Part shown: positions 56,301-64,000 of the stretch, piece by piece | Layout: each line of letters starts with the position of its first letter | Position numbering within the stretch: position 1 is the stretch's first letter | DNA from: Chloroflexota bacterium | GTDB lineage: Bacteria; Vulcanimicrobiota; JAMCWD01 | Assembly: GCA_023475345.1 (NCBI GenBank) | Contig: JAMCWD010000013.1 | Coordinates: 45,436-109,435, forward strand | Length of the DNA stretch: 64,000 nucleotides | Direction of reading: 5' to 3' | Notes under the pieces: generated by a model | The model's input: only the letters and a program-made list of their open reading frames with translations | Database searches by the model: none | What the model was told of the DNA's origin: nothing | Position numbers and translations under genes: made by a program

Positions 56301-58454
56301 ATGCTTAAAGATCCCTTTATCGAGCAGGTCGAAGAATACTTTACAACAGACGGCATACTGGCGAGGGCTTTCCCCCAATTCGAGACCAGGGAAGATCAGG
56401 CCCAGATGGCCCGCCTCGTAGCCGAAAGCTTCATATATGACACGATAAGCATAATAGAGGCCGGGACAGGGGTCGGGAAATCGTTTGCCTACCTCGTCCC
56501 TGCGGCTCTCTATGCGGCATACAAGGGGGAGCCTGTAGTCATATCGACAAAAACATTGAACCTCCAGGACCAGCTCGTCAATAGCGATATCCCGTTCCTG
56601 GCGAAATGTTTCCCCTTCCCTCTCAGGGCTGTGCTGGTCAAGGGCTGGTCGAACTATGTCTGCATCAGGAAGCTTAATCACATATCGCGCCACAAGGGGG
56701 CTGTCCCGTCTCACATGGAAGATGAGATCCTGGATATCGTCCAGCTCCACAAGCAGAAAAAACTTGAAAGCAAGTCCGACCTCCCATACATCCCGAAAGA
56801 TGAGATCTGGAAGCATGTCATGGCGGAAAATGACATGTGCCTTTCTCCCCGGTGCCCGTTTTTTTCCGAGTGCCCTTTCCACCGGGCCAGGGCCAGGATG
56901 GCCGATTCGCATATCCTTGTCGTAAACCATGCTTTCTTATCGACGGATCTCGCCATGAGGAGGGAGGACGAGACCCTTGCGCTGCTTCCTTCGATAAGCC
57001 GCGTGATAATTGACGAGGCGCATCATCTTGAAGAAGTCGCCACGGATTACCTGGGGGTTACGCTCGAAGGCGGAGACCTGGCCGGACTTATGGCGCTTTT
57101 GTACAGGCAGGAAGGTAAAGATAACGAGCAGGGGTTCCTGCCCAACCTCCGGCGCGAGATCCTCAGATCCAATATCCAGTCGCTTGAAAAGGAGGCCATG
57201 AAAGCTGCAATCGACCAGGGCATAATCGTCGGGATGATGAGCCTTAACGATGCATGGGACGGCTTTTTTTCACAACTTTCGAATGTCGTGCCCGGCGGCA
57301 AGGACAGGGTTACCGCCGAGTTGAAAGGGTCAGATTCCTGGCAGGATCTTCTGAAATCGAAGGACAGGCTTTCGTCGATCCTGACAAGGCTTGCATCGAC
57401 ATTCGGCTCACTAAGGGAAGAGTTGAACTCTATCTCTTCCGAACAGTACGAGGAAGCCTCCGACAGGGCGTTTGAAATACACCGCATGGGGAACAGGTTT
57501 TTAAGGATGAAAAACAACCTGGAAATTTTATGCGCCGCAGAGGACGAGGAGTTCATATTCTGGGTGGAGGCCGAAAGCAGGGAGATAAAATACAGGAGGC
57601 TCCGGGCTGTGCCGTTGAATGTAGCCGCCCAGCTTGAGCAATACCTGTTCCGCCCCGCAAAGACGGCGGTTCTGACTTCCGCGACCCTCACCGTGGGCAG
57701 GTCGTTCGATTTCATAAAATCCCGGACGGGACTTTCGGAATTCAAGGACGACAGGCTTTCCGAGGAGATCCTCCAGTCTTCTTTCGATTACGATGACCAG
57801 GCCGAATTATTCATACCTTCCGATTTCCCGTTTCCCGACCATGAAGATTATAGCAGGAAGCTGGGGGAGATCCTGCCGGAGATCTTCGAGATGACAAAGG
57901 GCCGCTGTTTCGTGTTATTCACATCCTATTCGCTTTTGAAGGAGATGGCGGGCAGGGTGTCTCTTTCGATGGCCGGGTCTGATATAAGGGTGCTTGTCCA
58001 GGGAGATAAAGACAGGAGTCAGCTACTGGAAGAGTTCAAGACGGGGAAAGGGAGCGTCCTTTTCGGGACGGATTCGTACTGGGAAGGGGTGGATGTGCGC
58101 GGAGATGCGCTTTCGTGCGTTATAATAACAAGGCTACCTTTCAGAGTCCCAAGCGATCCCGTGGTTGAGGCCCGGGTGGAGTCTATAAAACGGGCTGGGG
58201 GCGATCCTTTCTGGCAGCTTGCAGTCCCCCAGGCCGTGCTGAAACTGAAACAGGGGTTCGGAAGACTGATAAGGAGCAAAGAGGACCGCGGCATAGTCGT
58301 TATCCTGGACAGGAGGATAATCTCCAGGGGATATGGGGAATTATTCTTGAAATCGCTCCCTGAATGTCCCAGGCATATAGGGAAGTGGGAACGCATAAAG
58401 GGGAGGATATCGAGGTTCTTTGCAGAAAACCCGGTTGAAGACGGACGGGGGTAA
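56301..58454 (+). CDS. dinG: ATP-dependent DNA helicase, DinG/Rad3 family (FeS helicase)
   Basis: It has Walker A 'AGTGVGKS', 'DEAHHL', the four-Cys FeS module 'CLSPRCPFFSECPF', 'VVNHAFL' and C-terminal motif VI 'GRLIRSKEDRGIVVILD'. Confidence 0.8.
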   Translation: MLKDPFIEQVEEYFTTDGILARAFPQFETREDQAQMARLVAESFIYDTISIIEAGTGVGKSFAYLVPAALYAAYKGEPVVISTKTLNLQDQLVNSDIPFLAKCFPFPLRAVLVKGWSNYVCIRKLNHISRHKGAVPSHMEDEILDIVQLHKQKKLESKSDLPYIPKDEIWKHVMAENDMCLSPRCPFFSECPFHRARARMADSHILVVNHAFLSTDLAMRREDETLALLPSISRVIIDEAHHLEEVATDYLGVTLEGGDLAGLMALLYRQEGKDNEQGFLPNLRREILRSNIQSLEKEAMKAAIDQGIIVGMMSLNDAWDGFFSQLSNVVPGGKDRVTAELKGSDSWQDLLKSKDRLSSILTRLASTFGSLREELNSISSEQYEEASDRAFEIHRMGNRFLRMKNNLEILCAAEDEEFIFWVEAESREIKYRRLRAVPLNVAAQLEQYLFRPAKTAVLTSATLTVGRSFDFIKSRTGLSEFKDDRLSEEILQSSFDYDDQAELFIPSDFPFPDHEDYSRKLGEILPEIFEMTKGRCFVLFTSYSLLKEMAGRVSLSMAGSDIRVLVQGDKDRSQLLEEFKTGKGSVLFGTDSYWEGVDVRGDALSCVIITRLPFRVPSDPVVEARVESIKRAGGDPFWQLAVPQAVLKLKQGFGRLIRSKEDRGIVVILDRRIISRGYGELFLKSLPECPRHIGKWERIKGRISRFFAENPVEDGRG

Positions 58455-58464
58455 GCCGGTGTGA

Positions 58465-58650
58465 TGCCGGCGCGGTACCCGCCACTGTAAAGGAGAGCCC
58501 GGCGCCGGTTACGCCACCTGGAAACGGGGAAGGCAGGCGGCGGGCACAGACCCTTAAGCCAGGACACCCTGTGCGCCTTCGGGCTTGACTGTCTGCGGGA
58601 TCTCTACAGGAGAAAGCCAGATCTTTATCCGGCGTTCTTTGTAGGGCGCC
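58465..58650 (+). promoter_or_regulatory. Probable cobalamin (B12) riboswitch leader of the btuFCD-like operon
   Basis: The 5' UTR contains 'gccactg', 'gggaaggc' and the B12-box-like 'aagccaggacaccctg' (compare consensus GCCAGGAGACCTGCC) in the expected order. It lies about 40-220 nt upstream of a cobalamin/siderophore-type ABC binding-protein gene. Confidence 0.55.
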
Positions 58651-58685
58651 GGATTTCTTTTTAAAGTGAGGCGGCAGGAACCGGT

Positions 58686-59585
58686 ATGTTTAAGAAACTG
58701 ATATTATGCATGGCTGTCATGTTAATGCTGACCGGCCCGCCGGCCGTTTATGCAGAAAATGACTTCCCTGTTACGGTAACGGATTCTAGGGGGAAAAAGA
58801 TCATAATCGAATCCAGGCCGAAAAGGATAGTATCGCTTGCCCCCAGCCTTACCGAGATCCTCTCCAGCCTGGGCCTTTACGGTTCGCTGGTAGGTGTTAC
58901 CAACCGTTGTAATTACCCGCCTGAAGTAAAAAAGCTCCCCAAAGTCGGCGACGTGTTCATCGACAGGGAAAAGGTGGTTTCATTGAGGCCTGACCTTGTA
59001 ATCGCCGAAGCGGCACTGAGCAGGGGAGTCGTCGCGCCTCTTGAGAAGCTGGGACTTAAAGTGATGCTTATGAATTCGTCCAGTCTGGACGGGTTTGAAG
59101 ATACACTTCTGAAAATAGGGAAGGCTACGGGGAAATCCGATGTTTCGAAAAAACTGCTGGAAGAATTTAGATCCAGGCTTTCGGGTTTTGAAAAAGCAAG
59201 CGCGAAGATCCCGCTGGAAAAAAGGCCCGGCGTGCTGATTGAGATCCAGGCCCGGCCGCTTTTCGCCGCAGGAGAAAGCACATTCATGAGCGACATCGTG
59301 TTCCTTGCAGGAGGCCGGAATATCATCGGCCGTCTCCCTATAGGATGCGGCCCGGTGTCCCTGGAAAAGGTGATAAAAGACGATCCCCAGGTCATTATCC
59401 TGACGGATTCCACGCCCGGCGAATTTTTATCCATGCCCGCATGGAAAAACACGTCAGCCGCAAAAAATAACAGGGTGTTCGCCATCAACCCGGACATCTT
59501 CGTAAGACCGACGCTTCGGCTGCCGGAAGCTTTGAAGCAGTTGAAAGGGTGGTTTTACCCCCGGTCAAAGGAAGCAGGCAGATGA
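58686..59585 (+). CDS. btuF: ABC transporter periplasmic substrate-binding protein, BtuF/TroA-like (cobalamin/iron-complex)
   Basis: It has a signal peptide, 'RIVSLAPSLTEIL', and cluster A-II helical backbone receptor features. Confidence 0.7.
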   Translation: MFKKLILCMAVMLMLTGPPAVYAENDFPVTVTDSRGKKIIIESRPKRIVSLAPSLTEILSSLGLYGSLVGVTNRCNYPPEVKKLPKVGDVFIDREKVVSLRPDLVIAEAALSRGVVAPLEKLGLKVMLMNSSSLDGFEDTLLKIGKATGKSDVSKKLLEEFRSRLSGFEKASAKIPLEKRPGVLIEIQARPLFAAGESTFMSDIVFLAGGRNIIGRLPIGCGPVSLEKVIKDDPQVIILTDSTPGEFLSMPAWKNTSAAKNNRVFAINPDIFVRPTLRLPEALKQLKGWFYPRSKEAGR

Positions 59586-60598
59586 ATTTAAGGATAATTT
59601 CCACCCGTCTCGGGATCTTATTGTTGATACTCCTTGTCAGCATTATCGTTGCGGTTACCCTGGGAACTTCGGGGCTATCGCTGGAAAGGCTATTTTCCGC
59701 CGTAACGGAGTTTTTTCATAAGAAGCAGACCCTATCGCCGGACGAGGTGATACTTTTCCAGATCCGGTTTCCCAGGGTTTTGCTTGCGGCGGTGGTCGGA
59801 GCAGCCCTTGCAATGGCGGGTGTTGTATTTCAGGCCGTGCTGAGAAACCCCCTTGCCGACCCTTACATCGTAGGGACATCATCCGGCGCGGCGCTCGGTG
59901 CGGCGGTGGCGGTGCTCCTACACCTGGGAACAGGCCCGCTGGGCTTATCGTGGCTGCCGATATTTGCTTTTTTAGGTGCGGTAGGAGCGATGTTCCTGGT
60001 TTATTCGCTTGCCCGCGTGGGGGACAAGATCCCCGTCGAAACTTTTCTTCTGGCGGGCGTGGTAGTCGGGTCGCTTGTCTGGGCTATAGTTTCCCTGATA
60101 CTGACAATGGCGGGATCAGGGCTTACGAAGATCGTTTTCTGGATGATGGGGAGCCTCCAGAGCGCCGATTGGATAGGGCTGGCGGTTACCGGGGGCTATC
60201 TTATAACCGGCGGGATATGGATGATGCTCCTTGCCCATCCATTGAACCTCGTAAGCGTCGGCGAGGAGTCCGCCCGCCATTCCGGGGTCAACGTTGAAAA
60301 AGTCAAGGTTTCGGCAGTCCTTGCGGCATCTCTCGTTACGGCCGCAGCCGTAAGCGTCAGCGGCATCATAGGGTTTGTCGGGCTGGTCATACCTCACGCC
60401 GCCCGCATGATACTCGGCGCGGATAACAGGCTCCTCCTGCCCGCTTCGGCGGTTATCGGCGCGGTTTTCCTTGTATGGTGCGATACTTTCAGCAGGGTGG
60501 TCTTTTCGCCCAATGAAATCCCCGTCGGCGTCATTACTGCGCTCATAGGAGCTCCTTTCTTCCTCTTCCTCCTTTATAAAAGGAGGAAATCGATGTGA
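59582..60598 (+). CDS. btuC: ABC transporter permease, FecCD/BtuC family
   Basis: It has about 9 TM and 'RFPRVLLAAVVGAALAMAGVVFQAVLRNPLADPYIVGTSSGAALGA', which is FecCD-typical. The ATG at 59582 follows the RBS 'aaggaagcaggcag'. Confidence 0.85.
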   Translation: MNLRIISTRLGILLLILLVSIIVAVTLGTSGLSLERLFSAVTEFFHKKQTLSPDEVILFQIRFPRVLLAAVVGAALAMAGVVFQAVLRNPLADPYIVGTSSGAALGAAVAVLLHLGTGPLGLSWLPIFAFLGAVGAMFLVYSLARVGDKIPVETFLLAGVVVGSLVWAIVSLILTMAGSGLTKIVFWMMGSLQSADWIGLAVTGGYLITGGIWMMLLAHPLNLVSVGEESARHSGVNVEKVKVSAVLAASLVTAAAVSVSGIIGFVGLVIPHAARMILGADNRLLLPASAVIGAVFLVWCDTFSRVVFSPNEIPVGVITALIGAPFFLFLLYKRRKSM

Positions 60599-61383
60599 TT
60601 CTGAAAGTCGAAAACCTCCATTTCAGCTACCGGGACATGCCGACGATAAACGGGGTAAATTTAACTCTCCCGGAAGGCGGCATGCTCGCCGTTATCGGCC
60701 CCAACGGGGCCGGCAAATCCACCCTCCTCCGCCTTGTTTCAGGCATCCTCAATCCGAAATCGGGAAATATCCTGATAAAAGACAGACCGCTTTGCGAATA
60801 TAACCAGATCCGTCTGGCCCGCACAATAACAATGGTGCCCCAGGACAGCAGGGTCGATTTCCCGTACACCTGCAGGGAATTTGTAATGATGGGGCGTTAC
60901 CCGTACCTGGGGCTGATGGGATGGGAAACGGACGGGGACAGGCGGATAGTCGAAGAGAGCCTTGCATCCGTGGGCGCCGATCATCTTTCGGACAGGAGGC
61001 TGGAAGAGCTTTCAGGCGGCGAGCGCCAGCGGGTGATACTTGCGCGCGCCCTTGCCCAGAAAACGCCTTTGATCCTGCTGGACGAGCCGATATCTCACCT
61101 CGATATCGGCTACCAGGTGGAAAGCATGGAGCTTTTGAAAAAGATCAACAGGGATCAGGGCATAGCGATGATCATCATACTGCATGACCTGAACCTTGCG
61201 GCAAGATATTGTCCCGATTTGCTCCTGTTGTACAAAGGAGAAGTCCTTGCGCAGGGGAAACCCGGACAGGTACTGGTGCCGGAACTTATGAAAACCGCTT
61301 TCAATGTCAATGCAAAGCTTGAAAAAATTCCCGGCTGGGATTCTCCCGTTTTGCTTGTAGAATCCACAGGCAGGAAAACATAA
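60595..61383 (+). CDS. btuD: ABC transporter ATP-binding protein (BtuD/FepC-like)
   Basis: It has Walker A 'GPNGAGKST', signature 'LSGGERQRV' and Walker B 'ILLDEP'. Confidence 0.85.
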   Translation: MILKVENLHFSYRDMPTINGVNLTLPEGGMLAVIGPNGAGKSTLLRLVSGILNPKSGNILIKDRPLCEYNQIRLARTITMVPQDSRVDFPYTCREFVMMGRYPYLGLMGWETDGDRRIVEESLASVGADHLSDRRLEELSGGERQRVILARALAQKTPLILLDEPISHLDIGYQVESMELLKKINRDQGIAMIIILHDLNLAARYCPDLLLLYKGEVLAQGKPGQVLVPELMKTAFNVNAKLEKIPGWDSPVLLVESTGRKT

Positions 61384-61404
61384 AATCGGGCAGAATCAAG
61401 AACA

Positions 61405-62427
61405 TTGAGGGGGGCTATGCCCTCTATTTTATTAAGGCATGTTTGTGAACATAATCACAGGGAGCGGTTTTTGCCTTATACCACAAAGTACCGGGAAGCG
61501 TTGAACAGCGGAAAGCTGCGGCGGAAAGTCGAAGAAGCCTGCAGCATCCTGTCCTCATGCCGTCTCTGTCCCCGGTATTGTGAGGTTGACAGGACAAAGG
61601 GCGAGAAAGGTTTCTGCAAAGTCGGCGCGGAGCCGATGTATTCGAGTTACGGCCCCCATTACGGCGAAGAATCCCCACTTGTCGGGACGGGCGGGAGCGG
61701 AACGATTTTTTTAACCGGTTGTAACCTGGGATGCCTGTTCTGCCAGAATTATGATATCAGCCACGAAATGAACGGTAAGGTAACGGACATCGAGGAGATG
61801 GCCGCAATAATGCTGGCGCTGGAAAAAAAGGGATGCCACAATATTAATTTCGTTACCCCGACTCACCAGATGCCACAGCTTTTGTCCGCCCTGGAACTTG
61901 CTGCCCGCGCAGGGCTGAATACACCGGTGGTGTGGAATTGTAGTGGTTACGAATCACCGGAATCGCTTGCCGTGCTTGACGGGGTAGTCGATATTTACAT
62001 GCCCGATTTTAAATTCAGCATCGATGAAAACGCGTACAATTTCACAGGGGCAGGAAATTTCTGGGAGATAACGCAGAATGCCATAAAGGAGATGTACCGG
62101 CAGGTGGGCGAACTTGTTATCGAAGACGGAATTGGGAAAACCGGCCTACTGGTAAGGCATCTCGTATTGCCGCGCGATCTTGCGGGGAGCGAGGAGGTAT
62201 TCAAATTCATAGCGAAAGAGATAACTCCCGATACTTATGTGAACGTGCTCGGCCAGTACCGTCCGTGCTATAAGGCATGGGAATACGAAGGACTTGAAAG
62301 ATCTTTGAGCAGCGACGAATATTCCTGCGCGCTGGAAACCGCAAAAAAAGCAGGTCTGAGGAGGCTGGATCAGGAAGTTGCCCCGAGAAGAAAACTGCCA
62401 TTATTTGATATTAAGGTGAGAAATTAA
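61405..62427 (+). CDS. Radical SAM enzyme, AmmeMemoRadiSam-system type (PflA-like activase fold)
   Basis: It has N-terminal 'CRLCPRYCEVDRTKGEKGFCKV' and the cluster motif 'GCNLGCLFCQNYDIS', which match the TIGR04337-type pattern. Confidence 0.6.
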   Translation: MRGAMPSILLRHVCEHNHRERFLPYTTKYREALNSGKLRRKVEEACSILSSCRLCPRYCEVDRTKGEKGFCKVGAEPMYSSYGPHYGEESPLVGTGGSGTIFLTGCNLGCLFCQNYDISHEMNGKVTDIEEMAAIMLALEKKGCHNINFVTPTHQMPQLLSALELAARAGLNTPVVWNCSGYESPESLAVLDGVVDIYMPDFKFSIDENAYNFTGAGNFWEITQNAIKEMYRQVGELVIEDGIGKTGLLVRHLVLPRDLAGSEEVFKFIAKEITPDTYVNVLGQYRPCYKAWEYEGLERSLSSDEYSCALETAKKAGLRRLDQEVAPRRKLPLFDIKVRN

Positions 62428-63675
62428 ATGAAAGTTCTTGTATTGAATTGCGGGAGTTCTTCGGTGAAGTTCGAGCTTATCGAAACTTCGCCCGAGCTTA
62501 TGAAGAAAAACGAGGAGCATACCCTTGCAAAGGGGATGGTGGATAAGCTGGGCGAAGCGTATTCGAGGCACGTATATAACGCCGACGGGAAAACCCCTTT
62601 AATGGAAAACGTTCCTACCGAAACGCACGAACAGGCTATTCGCTGGTTTCTCAATGTCCTTGTAGATCCTTTATACGGCGTGATTTCATCCATCGACGAG
62701 ATCCAGGCGGTAGGGCACAGGATGGTTCACGGCGGGGAAGAGTTCAGCGGCAGCATTATCATTAACGAAGATGTAATGGATGGGCTGAGGCGCTGCAGCA
62801 AGCTCGCCCCTCTGCATAATCCTCATAATATCAAGGGATACGAGATTACATCCAAACTTCTGCCCGGCATCCCCGAAGTTGCGGTGTTCGATACGGCGTT
62901 TCATTTTCACATGCCGGAATACGCTTACCTTTACGCGCTGCCTTACGAATTATATATCAAGCACCAGCTCCGCCGTTACGGCTTTCACGGCACATCACAC
63001 AGGTATATTTCACACAGGGCGTCCCAACTGCTCGATAAGCCTTATAAAGATCTCAAGATAGTAACGGCCCACCTGGGAAACGGCTGCAGCATGGCGGCGG
63101 TGAAGAACGGGAAGTCCGTCGATACATCCATGGGATTTACCCCCCTGGAAGGCCTTGTCATGGGGACGCGCTGCGGGGACCTGGACCCGGCAATAGTAAC
63201 CTTTCTGCTCGAAGAGTACAGAACGCCGCGCGAAGTCAACCTCCTCATGAATAAAGAAAGCGGGTTGAGCGGGATATCGGGGATATCCAACGACATGCGG
63301 GACCTCGAGCGGGAATACGAAAAGAAAAACAAGAGAGCAGTCCTTGCGATAGATATTTTCTGCTACAGGATCAAAAAATATATCGGTGCTTATGCCGCCG
63401 CAATGGGCGGGATCGATGTGCTGGTATTCGCAGGCGGCATAGGGGAGAATTCGCCGCTCGTGCGCGAGAGAAGCTGCACGGGCCTTGAGTTTATGGGGAT
63501 AAAGCTGTCCCCTGAAAGAAATGAAGGCAGGGGAGAAAAACTTGTTTCCGCCGATGATTCGAAAGTCGCCGTGTTTGTAATACAGACAAAGGAAGAACTG
63601 GTCATCGCCCGTGATACTGCTGATTGCATCCTGAAGAAGGAGAGGGCCGAGAAGGCCGCATCGGTCAAGAAATAG
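62428..63675 (+). CDS. ackA: Acetate kinase
   Basis: It has 'MKVLVLNCGSSSVKFELIE', 'VGHRMVHGG', 'AVFDTAFH', 'RRYGFHGTSH' and 'VLVFAGGIGENS', all canonical AckA motifs. Confidence 0.9.
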   Translation: MKVLVLNCGSSSVKFELIETSPELMKKNEEHTLAKGMVDKLGEAYSRHVYNADGKTPLMENVPTETHEQAIRWFLNVLVDPLYGVISSIDEIQAVGHRMVHGGEEFSGSIIINEDVMDGLRRCSKLAPLHNPHNIKGYEITSKLLPGIPEVAVFDTAFHFHMPEYAYLYALPYELYIKHQLRRYGFHGTSHRYISHRASQLLDKPYKDLKIVTAHLGNGCSMAAVKNGKSVDTSMGFTPLEGLVMGTRCGDLDPAIVTFLLEEYRTPREVNLLMNKESGLSGISGISNDMRDLEREYEKKNKRAVLAIDIFCYRIKKYIGAYAAAMGGIDVLVFAGGIGENSPLVRERSCTGLEFMGIKLSPERNEGRGEKLVSADDSKVAVFVIQTKEELVIARDTADCILKKERAEKAASVKK

Positions 63676-63767
63676 ACACGGGCAAGCTTAACCGCCTCTT
63701 ACCTTTACAATTGTCAGGCCGCCTGTTCAGGAGGAAATAAACCGGGCTGTTAAGAAAGATCCAGGCG

Positions 63768-64000
63768 ATGGTAGCATTCTTTCTATTTCTTTTAACTGTT
63801 TCCGTTTCATATATCGTAGTCCGCATAGGAGCCATAGCACTAAGGATCACGGGGCTTGAATGGAACGCCGCCAGGTTCGAGGCTCTTTCGGCGTTTTCGC
63901 GTACAGGCTTTACCACGTCGGAAGCCGAGAAAGTAATCGACAGCCCCTTGCGGCGCAGGATAATAATATGGCTCATCGTCCTCGGCAATGCGGGCCTGGT
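63768..64000 (+). CDS. Hypothetical membrane protein, 3'-truncated at the window end
   Basis: An ATG at 63768 opens a frame ('MVAFFLFLLTVSVSYIVVRIGAIALRITGLEWNAARFEALSAFSRTGFTTSEAEKV...') that runs to the window end. Confidence 0.3.
   Translation, partial: MVAFFLFLLTVSVSYIVVRIGAIALRITGLEWNAARFEALSAFSRTGFTTSEAEKVIDSPLRRRIIIWLIVLGNAGL

Overview
This 64-kb window appears to come from a roughly 50% GC bacterial genome, with no rRNA, tRNA or CRISPR array detected. All calls below rest on motif recognition by eye; nothing was searched against a database.

1. Bases 1-8052 encode the 3' part of a giant secreted or surface protein. It has N-terminal IPT/TIG-like domains, seventeen near-identical 291-bp (97-aa) tandem Ig-like repeats, three BACON-like beta domains, a dockerin-like pair of Ca-binding loops, and a hydrophobic C-terminal anchor ending in RRKKDR.

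2. Bases 8.2-11.2 kb carry a small Gln-rich ORF, a membrane-anchored IPT+RCC1-repeat protein, a DUF47/PhoU-like protein and a zinc-ribbon membrane protein.

3. Bases 11.2-32.4 kb are the most striking stretch. They hold nine head-to-tail paralogous genes for TPR-rich lipoproteins of about 700-940 aa. All nine share a signal peptide with a conserved G-C-x(3-4)-G/S-C double-cysteine lipobox region, a conserved N-terminal module, and an identical C-terminal about 45-aa module ('FNAxRAYADExFDWMRDDPFFKNELPxLLKQVKD'). Paralogs 3 and 4 have recently recombined: paralog 4 is a chimeric fusion, and its 3' end is nearly identical at nucleotide level to that of paralog 3.

4. Bases 32.4-36.6 kb carry a minus-strand flagellar operon: a FliK-like protein, an unannotated 58-aa ORF, flgF, flgG, an FlgJ-N-like rod-binding protein and the sigma-28 factor fliA.

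5. Bases 37-45 kb encode a sugar-phosphate isomerase, a Gfo/Idh/MocA oxidoreductase, an amidohydrolase, a STAS protein, a PLD-family protein and a saccharopine-dehydrogenase-family protein.

6. Bases 45.1-47.0 kb hold a hicB-hicA toxin-antitoxin pair and a polytopic membrane protein, bracketed by two nearly identical about 69-bp direct repeats.

7. Bases 47-58 kb encode a 973-aa WD40 lipoprotein, a B12-binding radical SAM enzyme, an orphan Phd/YefM antitoxin, a DUF2723/GT-C-like membrane protein with TPR, an LptD-like outer membrane protein and a DinG helicase.

8. Bases 58.4-64 kb carry a probable cobalamin riboswitch upstream of a btuFCD-like ABC importer, an AmmeMemoRadiSam-type radical SAM enzyme, acetate kinase, and the start of a membrane protein.
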